Virus record (IMG/VR): IMGVR_UViG_3300048599_000879
Coordinates: 1-37,252 of that record
DNA: 37,252 nt
Source of the DNA: a virus
Taxonomy: Duplodnaviria; Caudoviricetes
Strand: one strand, 5' to 3'
The notes under the pieces are model-generated. The model was not told the origin of the DNA. It saw nothing but the letters and a program-made list of their open reading frames with translations, and searched no databases. This document shows, piece after piece, positions 1-8,096 of the stretch; the first letter of the stretch is position 1, and every line of letters begins with the position of its first letter. The position numbers and the translations under genes were made by a program.

Positions 1-372
1 TCAAGCTTTGCCACAAGTCTCGATCTGCTTCCGCGCTTGACGTTCATAGGCATTGGGGAGCGTCGAATCCCAACGGAAGGTAACTACGGTCGGACCGACG
101 CCCTTCATATCGAAGGCGAACATGTTCCGCTTGGCTTGCGAGATCGGCCCGGTCGCGACCAACGTCACCAGCAGCTCGGCGCGCTGCTCGCTCGGCTCGG
201 GCAAGTAAGTGGTCTGATAGTCGTCCACGTAGGCCCGCGTCAGGCAGCTTCCAACCCTATCCCACGAGGCGGCCACCGACATCTCGAAAGCCGGCGGTTG
301 CCCTCTGAGTTCGTCGACCGACGGGCCGCAGCCGGCAACGAGTAAACACAGAATCCAGAACGATTTCTTCAA
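1..372 (-). CDS. Putative lipoprotein co-transcribed with the repressor
   Basis: KK + hydrophobic stretch + lipobox LVAGC. An in-frame TTG at 372 overlaps the repressor TGA (TTGA), which I prefer to the ORF-track GTG at 390. Confidence 0.75.
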   Translation of the reverse strand: MKKSFWILCLLVAGCGPSVDELRGQPPAFEMSVAASWDRVGSCLTRAYVDDYQTTYLPEPSEQRAELLVTLVATGPISQAKRNMFAFDMKGVGPTVVTFRWDSTLPNAYERQARKQIETCGKA

Positions 373-1148
373 ACCAGACCTCCCGACCAAACAACTTTGC
401 CGATCACGCGGAGCTCGTCGGCGTCGTCGCGCGGCAAGATAATTGGTTCGTAGGAAGGATTGTCGCTTTTTACGAGAAGTGACCCATCCAGACGGAGCTC
501 GACGCGCTTGACGACAGCCTCATTCCCCGCCCCTACGACGTAGATAGCGGATCCGCGGACGCGGTCTTCCGAGATGTCGACCAGCATCACGTCGCCGTCT
601 GAAATCGTCGGCTGCATCGAGTCGCCGAAGGCTTCGATCACCACCAAGTTGGCAGGATTTCGGCGTAATCTCTGGCGAATCCAGTCTTGCCGAAAGGCAA
701 GGAACCCTTGGACTTCCTCGCTCAGTACAGGCTGTCCAAATCCAGCGCCCGCTCGTACCTCGTAACGGGGGATGTAGGCAAAATCGCCTGGAGCCGGCCC
801 ACCAAGCATCTCCCCTTCGCCCGTAGCGAGCCACCTTAACGAAACCCCCTTCTCGACAGCCAGACGGGTAACGTCGCTGAAAGACGGCTCCGCACCTTTT
901 GCCCAGTTCTGCAGCGTGACGGGCGATCTACCGATGAAGGAAGCGGCCTCCTTCTGAGTTGAGAAGAGGTCGACGACCGCCTTCAGTCGCGTCGTAAATT
1001 TGCCGTCCAGAGGCGCGACAGCAAAGTTCTCTTTGCCTATCGGCCCTGGGACTGCCGGATCCAGTAAGCGGTGAATTCCGCGAGGTTCTGCCCCTTCATT
1101 TGCTCGTTTGAGCGCCTTTTGGGGCTTCCGGGTCGATGATCTGGTCAT
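369..1148 (-). CDS. Phage repressor, HTH + S24 peptidase (cI/LexA-like)
   Basis: HTH (QKEAASFIGRSPVTLQNWAKG...VSLRWLATGEG), Ala-Gly site (RAGAGFG), catalytic GDSM and VKRV, and C-terminal VIGKVVW. The start is uncertain because of a long N-terminal extension. Confidence 0.92.
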   Translation of the reverse strand: MTRSSTRKPQKALKRANEGAEPRGIHRLLDPAVPGPIGKENFAVAPLDGKFTTRLKAVVDLFSTQKEAASFIGRSPVTLQNWAKGAEPSFSDVTRLAVEKGVSLRWLATGEGEMLGGPAPGDFAYIPRYEVRAGAGFGQPVLSEEVQGFLAFRQDWIRQRLRRNPANLVVIEAFGDSMQPTISDGDVMLVDISEDRVRGSAIYVVGAGNEAVVKRVELRLDGSLLVKSDNPSYEPIILPRDDADELRVIGKVVWSGGLV

Positions 1149-1169
1149 GGTGACAGCGCAGTAATCGTG

Positions 1170-1207
1170 TTGACAGCAACGTTATCTTTGTGTTCACTGT
1201 TTTTGAA
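1170..1207. promoter_or_regulatory. Overlapping divergent promoters (early rightward, repressor leftward)
   Basis: Perfect TTGACA at 1170-1175 on + with a weak -10. On the minus strand, TTCAAA (1207-1202)-17 nt-TAACGT (1184-1179). Confidence 0.5.
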
Positions 1208-1212
1208 CACAA
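1188..1212. repeat. Perfect 9-bp inverted repeat TTGTGTTCA-N7-TGAACACAA, candidate Ner site
   Basis: Read directly from the sequence; it overlaps both predicted promoters. Confidence 0.55.
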
Positions 1213-1224
1213 GCTAACTTTGTC

Positions 1225-1560
1225 TTGAACAACGGTTACTTTGCCTTGCCTCCTTCAACGGACATTCCGCGCAACACACACCCGGAAGACCTCAAGGCGG
1301 CGATCCGTAAAACGGGCCGGACTATGGAAGGCTTCTCGGTCGAGCTGGGATACACCCCTGCCGCTGTAGGCATTGCTCTTCGTCGTCGATGGCATGACGT
1401 GCGTGTCGGCATTGCCAGCCTTCTTGATCGGCCGATCCAAGACATCTGGCCTGAAGACTACCACTCCGACGGCACACCTCGCCTGCACCGACCCAGGAAG
1501 ACTAGCCGCCGGCTGAGCCGGAGTCGCCGTCAAAAATCGACAGAAGGATTAGCAATATGA
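1225..1560 (+). CDS. ner: Ner/Nlp-family DNA-binding regulator
   Basis: HPEDLKAAIRKTGRTM...IASLLDRPIQDIWPEDY matches the Ner pattern; first gene divergent from the repressor. TTG start uncertain. Confidence 0.88.
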   Translation: MNNGYFALPPSTDIPRNTHPEDLKAAIRKTGRTMEGFSVELGYTPAAVGIALRRRWHDVRVGIASLLDRPIQDIWPEDYHSDGTPRLHRPRKTSRRLSRSRRQKSTEGLAI

Positions 1561-2345
1561 GCCGGCTCTTAAACATTCGGCTCAACGAGATCGTCGTCGG
1601 CGATCGGCTTCGCAAGGTTGACGCTGACTGGGTTAAGGCGATCGCGACGTCGTTCGAAAAGATCGGTCAACAGCAGCCGATCCTGGTCGCGCGTTCGGGC
1701 GACAAGTTCAAATTGGTGGCCGGCGCCCATCGGCTGGCAGCCGCCAAGCTCCTGGAATGGGAAACCGTTCAGGCGCTCGTCGTCGAAGGCACCAACTTGG
1801 TCCTGCGCCTCCACGAGATCGACGAAAACCTGCTTCGCCGAGAACTCTCTGAGCTCGATCGAGCTTCGTTCCTTCTTGAGCGCAAGACCGTGTGGGAGGA
1901 ACTCTACCCGGAAACAGCGCAAGGCAAGGCTGGCGCTGCCGCCCGTTGGATGCAGGGGACAAATTTGTCCTTTGCATCCGACGTCGCAGAAAAACTGCAC
2001 CTGTCGGTACGCTCGATCAGGCGTGCGATCGCGCGAATGAAGATCGTTCCCGACGTCCGTGAACAGCTCGTTGGCACTTGGATCGCCGACCATGGGGCAG
2101 CGCTGGACTCGCTTGCCAGATTGAGCCCTAGCGAACAGCGCAAGGCAGTCAAGCTCATGGTCCGGGACAAGGACCCGGTGAAGTCCGTGAGCGCCGCGCT
2201 CGGGAAGAAAGCGGCGAACGATAAGGACCAGGGACTCAACGCCCTGATCGCCCTCTGGAAGAAGACGCCGGTCTCGGTGAAGCGCGCCTTCGTCAAGGCG
2301 CACGACGCCGAGATCGCCAAGCTGCTCGACAAGGGCTCACGATGA
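1557..2345 (+). CDS. ParB N-terminal domain protein with HTH
   Basis: IGQQQPILV, LVAGAHRLAA (GxxRxxA), ENLLRRELS, and HTH VAEKLHLSVRSIRR. ATGA overlap with ner. Confidence 0.85.
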   Translation: MSRLLNIRLNEIVVGDRLRKVDADWVKAIATSFEKIGQQQPILVARSGDKFKLVAGAHRLAAAKLLEWETVQALVVEGTNLVLRLHEIDENLLRRELSELDRASFLLERKTVWEELYPETAQGKAGAAARWMQGTNLSFASDVAEKLHLSVRSIRRAIARMKIVPDVREQLVGTWIADHGAALDSLARLSPSEQRKAVKLMVRDKDPVKSVSAALGKKAANDKDQGLNALIALWKKTPVSVKRAFVKAHDAEIAKLLDKGSR

Positions 2346-2665
2346 CCATGCGCGCGCGCCCGACGCCCCCTCGTGTTGATCGCAGCGCGCCGCCGGCGAC
2401 GTCCTCTCGCGTCGCCGGCACTTCTCTCGCGAGCCCCATGAAGCGCCGCGCCATCAAATTATTCGCTAGTGCGGTGGACGCCTATAGTGCGGGCTACGGC
2501 GCAAGAACAGCAGCCCATATCCGTCGCGGATTTGCGAAAGCGCGTCCGTCTCATGAGCTGGCGCTCGGTTTCGCGCAGGGCGCAAACGCCTTCTTCGTCG
2601 CTGAACGCTACGGCATCGACTTGAGCCTGCCGCGGCCAGCAAACGCGAAGGCAGTAAAACAATGA
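2342..2665 (+). CDS. Hypothetical early protein
   Basis: ATGA-coupled at both ends within the early operon. Confidence 0.6.
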   Translation: MTMRARPTPPRVDRSAPPATSSRVAGTSLASPMKRRAIKLFASAVDAYSAGYGARTAAHIRRGFAKARPSHELALGFAQGANAFFVAERYGIDLSLPRPANAKAVKQ

Positions 2666-3126
2666 GCCGCCGCGCCCGCGATCCCTACACCAAGGATCTG
2701 TTGAGCTGGGTGCCGCCTGAGCCGATCGTGCGATTTGCCGAAGAGACCGTGCGCGCGGCATCTCTGGACCAAAAGATTTGCAAGGCGATGGCTCTGGCAC
2801 TCAAGGACTGCCGCCTTGATCGCGCAGTTGTCTCAGAGCGCATGTCGGCATTCCTGGGATCGCCGGTGTCGAAATCGATGCTCGATGCGTACGTGAGCCC
2901 GGCACGCGACACCCACCAGATCAGCGTCGTGCGGTTCCTGGCCTTGGTGCACGTCACACAGGACCGCAGGCTTCTCGAACTGCTGGCCGACCTGTTCGGC
3001 TGGTGTGTCGTCGACGAGCGCTACGCCGACGCGATCCGAGAAGTCGAGTTGCGCGACAAGCGCGACGAAATCGAGCGGCAGCTGCAGGCCACAAGGATGA
3101 ACCGGCGCTCGGGGGCGCGCTCATGA
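2662..3126 (+). CDS. Hypothetical protein upstream of the transposase (possible CII-like DNA-binding protein)
   Basis: ATGA overlaps at both ends; HTH-like segment RAVVSERMSAFLGSPVSKSMLDAYVS. Confidence 0.7.
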   Translation: MSRRARDPYTKDLLSWVPPEPIVRFAEETVRAASLDQKICKAMALALKDCRLDRAVVSERMSAFLGSPVSKSMLDAYVSPARDTHQISVVRFLALVHVTQDRRLLELLADLFGWCVVDERYADAIREVELRDKRDEIERQLQATRMNRRSGARS

Positions 3127-5129
3127 ACCACTGGCTCACACCAGCAGAGATCGCATTGCTCGCGCTACCGGGCCTGCCGAACACGGAGCGCGGTGTCCGA
3201 CTGCGCGCTCAACGCGAGCGTTGGGCCGAGCCCGCGCGGCAGTGGCCGCTCGATGAACGTGGCACCTGGCGCCGCCGTCGCGGTCGCGGCGGTGGAATTG
3301 AATATAGCCCAATGGTCCTGCCACCAGAGGCGCGACTTCGACTCGAGATGGCGCCGGCAATCGCTGCGATCACGAGAGGGCAAGCTGGGTCTCTAACCCC
3401 AGCAGTCGATTGTGACACTATGGCCGTCGTCGATCCTCCTTCGCCGGAACGTGTCGAGCTGTGGCGCGAATTCGAGCGGCAGCCGCAGCATCGGAAGGAC
3501 GAGGCGAAGAAGCGTGTCGAGCTGCTCCTTACGATCGAGCGGTTGTCCGATAGCGGTACCGCCCGCTGTACGGCGTTCACCCTGGTTGCTGCCGAGTCCG
3601 GCGTCGCTGAGCGCACGCTGCGCCTGTGGCGCTCCAAGGTCGACGGCGTCGATCGGGGCGATTGGATGGCCTACCTGGTGCCTCGCCACGTCGGTTCGCG
3701 CGGGCGCGAAAAGCCCGTCGAAGGCGATGCCTGGGATTTCATTCGCGCCGATTGGCTACGGGTCGAACAGCCGCCGTTCGAGAGCTGCTGGCGCCGCCTT
3801 GAGGGTGTTGCGAAGGCCAAGGGCTGGGAGCTGCCGTCGAAGAAGACGATGGAGCGCCGGCTTCAAGCTCTGCCGCTCAGTGTCAGGGTCGCAGGCCGGC
3901 AGGGCATGGATGCACTGAAGAGCCTCTATCCTGCCCAGGAGCGCGACCGCTCGATCTTCCACGCCCTCGAAGCCGTCAACGCAGACGGCCACAAGTGGGA
4001 CGTCTTCGCACGCTGGCCCGACGGACATATCGGACGCCCGCTTATGGTCGCATTCCAGGATCTCTACAGCGGGAAGATCCTGAGCTGGCGTATCGACCGC
4101 TCCGAACATGCCGCCCTTGTGCGGCTGGCCCTGGGCGACGTCGTGTCGACCTATGGCGTGCCCGACCATTGCTGGCTGGATAACGGTCGTGGCTTCGCGG
4201 CCAAGTGGCTTACCGGCGGTACACCGACCCGCTATCGCTTCAAGGTCCGTGAGGAGGACGCGGCGGGCCTCCTGACGACGCTCGGAGTACAGGTCCATTG
4301 GACGACGCCTTACTCAGGGCAGAGCAAGCCCATCGAGCGCGCCTTCCGCGACTTCTGCTCCGACATCGCCAAGGACCCGCGCTTTGCGGGCGCCTACACG
4401 GGCAACACGCCCCTCGCAAAGCCGGAGAACTACGGCAAGACGGCCGTGCCGATCGATACATTCATTGCGGTCGTTTCCGAAGGCATCACTGCACATAACG
4501 CCCGGCAGGGCCGCCGCACATCAGTCGCAAATGGCCGCTCCTTCGACGATACCTTCGTCGCCAGCTACCAGACGTCCCCGATTAGGCGCACGACGCCGGC
4601 ACAGGAGCGTCTCTGGCTGCTCGCGGCCGAGAACATCACGGCACGCCGCGACGGCTCCATCGAGCTACTGGGCAACCGTTTCTGGACTGAGCAGCTCGTC
4701 GACCATGCACTGCAGAAGCTGATCGTCCGCTTCGATCCGCAGAACCTGCACGATCAGATTCATGCGTACCGGCTCGACGGCTCCTACCTCTGCAGCGCGC
4801 CAGTAATCGAGGCCGTCGGCTTCGCCGACGTAGATGCTGCCCGCAAGCACGCCCACGCGCGCGCCAAGTGGATGCGCAGCCAGAAGGACATGCTCGAAGC
4901 CGAGCGCGTGATCGGAATCGACCAGGTCGCCGCGATGCTTCCGACGGTCGACGAGCCAACAGTGCCGGAAACCAAGGTCGTGCGGCCGATCTTCGGCAAC
5001 ACCGCCCTGGCTGTTCAGCCAGTCAACGACACATCGATCGAAGAAGACGAACGCCAACAACTGCCCGGCATTAGGAACTTCCTGAGCCTCGTGCGCGGCG
5101 GTCAAGGAAACGGCGCCGACGGGGACTAG
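3123..5129 (+). CDS. A: MuA-type DDE transposase
   Basis: N-terminal Mu HTH (WLTPAEIA..LPGLP..RGRGGGIEY); DDE motifs NADGH, LDNGRGF and KPIERAF; C-terminal RFDPQNL. ATG at 3123 overlaps the upstream TGA. Confidence 0.95.
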   Translation: MNHWLTPAEIALLALPGLPNTERGVRLRAQRERWAEPARQWPLDERGTWRRRRGRGGGIEYSPMVLPPEARLRLEMAPAIAAITRGQAGSLTPAVDCDTMAVVDPPSPERVELWREFERQPQHRKDEAKKRVELLLTIERLSDSGTARCTAFTLVAAESGVAERTLRLWRSKVDGVDRGDWMAYLVPRHVGSRGREKPVEGDAWDFIRADWLRVEQPPFESCWRRLEGVAKAKGWELPSKKTMERRLQALPLSVRVAGRQGMDALKSLYPAQERDRSIFHALEAVNADGHKWDVFARWPDGHIGRPLMVAFQDLYSGKILSWRIDRSEHAALVRLALGDVVSTYGVPDHCWLDNGRGFAAKWLTGGTPTRYRFKVREEDAAGLLTTLGVQVHWTTPYSGQSKPIERAFRDFCSDIAKDPRFAGAYTGNTPLAKPENYGKTAVPIDTFIAVVSEGITAHNARQGRRTSVANGRSFDDTFVASYQTSPIRRTTPAQERLWLLAAENITARRDGSIELLGNRFWTEQLVDHALQKLIVRFDPQNLHDQIHAYRLDGSYLCSAPVIEAVGFADVDAARKHAHARAKWMRSQKDMLEAERVIGIDQVAAMLPTVDEPTVPETKVVRPIFGNTALAVQPVNDTSIEEDERQQLPGIRNFLSLVRGGQGNGADGD

Positions 5130-5165
5130 CCATCGGCGCCGCAACAGAGCCGGCCGAAGGCCGGT
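5111..5165 (+). other. Two GC-rich hairpins at the A/B junction
   Basis: CGGCGCCGA (5111-5119) pairs with TCGGCGCCG (5133-5141) across the A stop codon; second hairpin GCCGGCC-GAA-GGCCGGT (5149-5165). Confidence 0.5.
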
Positions 5166-5189
5166 CAACAACAAGCACTAGGAGTGTAC

Positions 5190-6158
5190 ATGAGTGAACA
5201 AGACACCGGTAGCCCGCTCGACGAAGCCACCATCGATCGCCTGCGCAGCGATGCGCGTAGCGTCATCACCGGCGACAAGCTCAGCCAGAAGTCGGCCGCA
5301 GACGAGGCCAACATTCCGGCAGGCACCTTCAATGCCTGGCTGAATGGCACCTATGCCGGTGACAACGCCCGCGTCGCCGCCGATGTGTCCAAGTGGCTGG
5401 AGGCTCGACGGACACGCAACCAGATCAAGGCCATTGTCCCCTTGGCGCCATCATTCATCGCGACGAAAACGGCCCAGAATATCGTGGACTTGTTCCAGTA
5501 CGCCCAAACGCTCCGCGACATGGGTCTGATCATCGGTTCGCCGGGCACAGGGAAGACTTGCGCGATTGAGTACTATCGCGCTGCCCATCCGGCAGTATTC
5601 ACCGCCACGATGGAGCCGGCGAAATCCAGCACCCATCACTTGCTGATCGAGCTGGCAAGCGTGCTGAAGATTTCCGAGCGAGCTGCTTTGGCGATCTCCG
5701 ACGCCGTCGTTCGCAGGCTCAAGGATCGCGACGCGTTGCTGATCATCGATGAGGCGCAGCACCTTCAGAGCGGCGCGATCGACCAGCTCCGCACGATCCA
5801 TGACAAGGCCAAGTGCGGCGTCGTCCTGGTTGGTAACGAGAGCATCATCGGCAAGTTGGGCGACCCGGAGCGCACACCCCAGCTGGCGCAGCTCTACAGC
5901 CGCTTCGGCCTGCGGCTCACCATCAACCGCCCGGTCAACGCCGACGTCGATGCCCTGTTGAAGGCGTGGAACGTCGACGACAAGGACGAGAAGGCATTCC
6001 TGCGTCTGGTCGCCTCGAAGCCGGGCGGCCTTCGTGCCCTCACCAAGACCATGATCGCCGCGGGCGCCATGTCGGCCGGCCAGGACGAGAAGCGCAGCAT
6101 CGCGCATCTCCGGGATGCCTGGTCGCGTGTCGGTGCCGGCCCGATCGTGAATAGCTGA
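5190..6158 (+). CDS. B: MuB-type transposition AAA+ ATPase
   Basis: N-terminal HTH (WLNGTYAGD), Walker A GSPGTGKT, Walker B LIIDEAQHL, QLYSRFG; GGAG at 5181. Confidence 0.94.
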   Translation: MSEQDTGSPLDEATIDRLRSDARSVITGDKLSQKSAADEANIPAGTFNAWLNGTYAGDNARVAADVSKWLEARRTRNQIKAIVPLAPSFIATKTAQNIVDLFQYAQTLRDMGLIIGSPGTGKTCAIEYYRAAHPAVFTATMEPAKSSTHHLLIELASVLKISERAALAISDAVVRRLKDRDALLIIDEAQHLQSGAIDQLRTIHDKAKCGVVLVGNESIIGKLGDPERTPQLAQLYSRFGLRLTINRPVNADVDALLKAWNVDDKDEKAFLRLVASKPGGLRALTKTMIAAGAMSAGQDEKRSIAHLRDAWSRVGAGPIVNS

Positions 6159-6168
6159 GGAGGCCAGC

Positions 6169-6387
6169 ATGGCACGAGGAAAGAAGAAGGGCCCGTGGGC
6201 GCGAACCCGCTTCCGAGACGAATGGGAGGTCGCCATCGGCGGCAGCCACACGCAAGTCGCCGTGACGAAGGGCGGTGATGCGAACCTCGTGATCTTCATC
6301 GTCAGTGCTGACGAACCCTGCGCTGGAGACCAGAGGCTCGACGAGGCGGAGCAAATCGTCCTCCAGGCTTTGAACAGGGGGCAGTGA
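6169..6387 (+). CDS. Hypothetical protein
   Basis: GAGGAGG RBS; coupled to the next gene. Confidence 0.7.
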   Translation: MARGKKKGPWARTRFRDEWEVAIGGSHTQVAVTKGGDANLVIFIVSADEPCAGDQRLDEAEQIVLQALNRGQ

Positions 6388-6704
6388 TGGACGCACGCCT
6401 CAGCGACCTTGTCGACGGTGCGCTTCGCTGGCACTCCCAGAACGTACGTCCGTCACCGCAGGATATCGAGCGTTGCTGGCCAGCGCTCGCCGAGCTCCTG
6501 CAAGAGATCGGGATCTTCGCCCGCGACCTTGAGCGCACTGCGGAGCTGCATGCCAATGAGCCTGGCCGCCAGGTTGTCGAGCGCGAAGCTGCAGCCCTTC
6601 GCCTCTATGGTCGCCTGGTAGACCCGCCGCGAGGTGACAACCTGGTATCGATCCCGGTTCAAGGGATCGGCCGCTTCGTGGTCCTTGAATCGAGGCGGTC
6701 GTGA
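6384..6704 (+). CDS. Hypothetical protein
   Basis: GTGA overlaps at both ends. Confidence 0.65.
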   Translation: MMDARLSDLVDGALRWHSQNVRPSPQDIERCWPALAELLQEIGIFARDLERTAELHANEPGRQVVEREAAALRLYGRLVDPPRGDNLVSIPVQGIGRFVVLESRRS

Positions 6705-7261
6705 GCGAATCGAGCTCACCGTGTCGGCCCACTTCCGATCGGTCACCAGCGGAGATTGTCGCTGTCGTGACCGATTTGGTTGCCGACAAGTACGGGCAGC
6801 GGCCGGCGGACATTCTGGGCCGGCGGCGCAACTCCCTCTACGTCTGGTCCCGCCAAGTCACAGTCACCCTCGCTTCCGAGGCTTTGGGTCAGTCTAACGC
6901 GGTTATGGGTGCACTGTTCGGACTCGATCCCACGACCGTCCTGCACAGCATGCGCAAGGTCGTCGCCCGCGAGCAGGACACTCCAAAGGTCGCGGCGGAT
7001 CTCGCAGATTTGCGCAAGGCACTCCGCGCCCGTGTGCCTGAGCTGCCGGATATCACGGCGCGGGCGGTGGAAGCCCATCGCCATCGCCTTCAGCTCACGG
7101 TGAACGCCGAAGAAATCGCTCCCACGGAGCGCGAGCTCGCGTTGCTGTTGCGTTCGCTGAGACATGGCTTGATCGCCGCGCTGCGAACCGACCCAGGTGC
7201 AATCATCGCCGGCCTGCGGCGCGCCGTCGACGAGATCAATGACCGGAGGGGCCGGCAATGA
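6701..7261 (+). CDS. DnaA C-terminal (domain IV)-like HTH protein
   Basis: VADKYGQRPADILGRRR...RQV...MGALFGLDPTTVLHSMRKV parallels the DnaA signature RDHTTVLHA. Confidence 0.75.
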   Translation: MSESSSPCRPTSDRSPAEIVAVVTDLVADKYGQRPADILGRRRNSLYVWSRQVTVTLASEALGQSNAVMGALFGLDPTTVLHSMRKVVAREQDTPKVAADLADLRKALRARVPELPDITARAVEAHRHRLQLTVNAEEIAPTERELALLLRSLRHGLIAALRTDPGAIIAGLRRAVDEINDRRGRQ

Positions 7262-7485
7262 TGGATCCGGCCATGTCACGCCCATGTTCGCAGTTTCAGA
7301 TCAATGGCTGCCTCGACCCGCTTCCTACCACGGACCTCTTGGCCCAAGCGCTGTGGCGAGACCACCGGGGCGCCGGCTGCGCGAGCTGGTACGGCGCCCG
7401 CGCCTCCAGCCGCGTTGCACCAATGACAGAACTCGGTCGACGTCTGTTCGGCCTCCACCTCTTCATTGCCACGACGAAGGAGTAG
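7258..7485 (+). CDS. Hypothetical protein
   Basis: ATGA overlap; fills the gap before gam. Confidence 0.5.
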   Translation: MMDPAMSRPCSQFQINGCLDPLPTTDLLAQALWRDHRGAGCASWYGARASSRVAPMTELGRRLFGLHLFIATTKE

Positions 7486-7490
7486 ATCGA

Positions 7491-8051
7491 ATGCCCGACA
7501 CGTTGATGCGCCACGCCCACGTTGACATGTCTGCGATTGAGAATGGTGTACGCGACCTTGCAGCCGCGCGGCGCGCGCTGGAGCAGGAGTTGCAGCGTGC
7601 CGAGGCGCGGCTTAGCAAGGTCCGCCTTGAAAGCGTCGATCGCCTGAGGAACGCGGTCGAGGCGGTGCGTATACACGAAACCTCGCTGTTGATGCTGGTC
7701 GAGCGCGCGGCACCGTTGTTCAGGCGGCCCCAGAGCATCGAAATCGAGGGCGTCCGCGTGGGTTGGCGAAAGGGCAAAGGCCGCCTGGAGCTCCCGCCGA
7801 AGGAAGATCTGATCAAAAAGATCGCCGACGTACTCACGGCGGCTCAAAAGAAGACGGTCCTGCAGGTCAAGACTTCGGTGCTGAAGGGAGCGCTGGCGAA
7901 GTTGCCCGGCGAGATCCTGAAGAAGCTCGGGGTGAGCGTCACCGGCGCCGGCCAGGAACCCTTCGTCACCTACCCAGCTACCGAAACCGAAAAGCTCGTC
8001 GCTTGGTGGCTGAACCCATCGTCGGGTTCCTTGACCGATGCCGAAGACTGA
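7491..8051 (+). CDS. gam: Gam-like host-nuclease inhibitor (DNA end-binding)
   Basis: Coiled coil followed by LFRRPQSIEIEGVRVGWRKGKG...LKKLGVSV; AAGGAG RBS before ATG 7491; early-region position. Confidence 0.75.
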   Translation: MPDTLMRHAHVDMSAIENGVRDLAAARRALEQELQRAEARLSKVRLESVDRLRNAVEAVRIHETSLLMLVERAAPLFRRPQSIEIEGVRVGWRKGKGRLELPPKEDLIKKIADVLTAAQKKTVLQVKTSVLKGALAKLPGEILKKLGVSVTGAGQEPFVTYPATETEKLVAWWLNPSSGSLTDAED

Positions 8052-8096
8052 GTCGCGTCCGCGTACTTGCGTTCCAATCCGCTTCCAGGAGTCACC

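Larger units (their letters stand above)
1021..1243. promoter_or_regulatory. Immunity control region: four 14-bp operator-like sites CAA(A/C)G-N4-CTTTG
   Basis: 1022 CAAAG-TTCT-CTTTG; 1177 CAACG-TTAT-CTTTG; 1209 ACAAG-CTAA-CTTTG; 1230 CAACG-GTTA-CTTTG. Three lie at the junction of the divergent repressor and ner genes, and one lies inside the repressor ORF. Confidence 0.7.

Noticed and set aside
1192-1230. Alphaproteobacterial LexA box (GTTC-N7-GTTC / GAAC-N7-GAAC)
   Set aside because: The GTTC and GAAC tetramers are present but with the wrong orientation or spacing (N9 inverted, N18 direct).
3003-3122. Upstream extensions in the ORF track (transposase from 3003; also 7197, 9116, 9622, 10932, 13003, 22304, 23517, 35174)
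   Set aside because: They overlap upstream genes; downstream starts with an RBS or stop-start coupling fit better.
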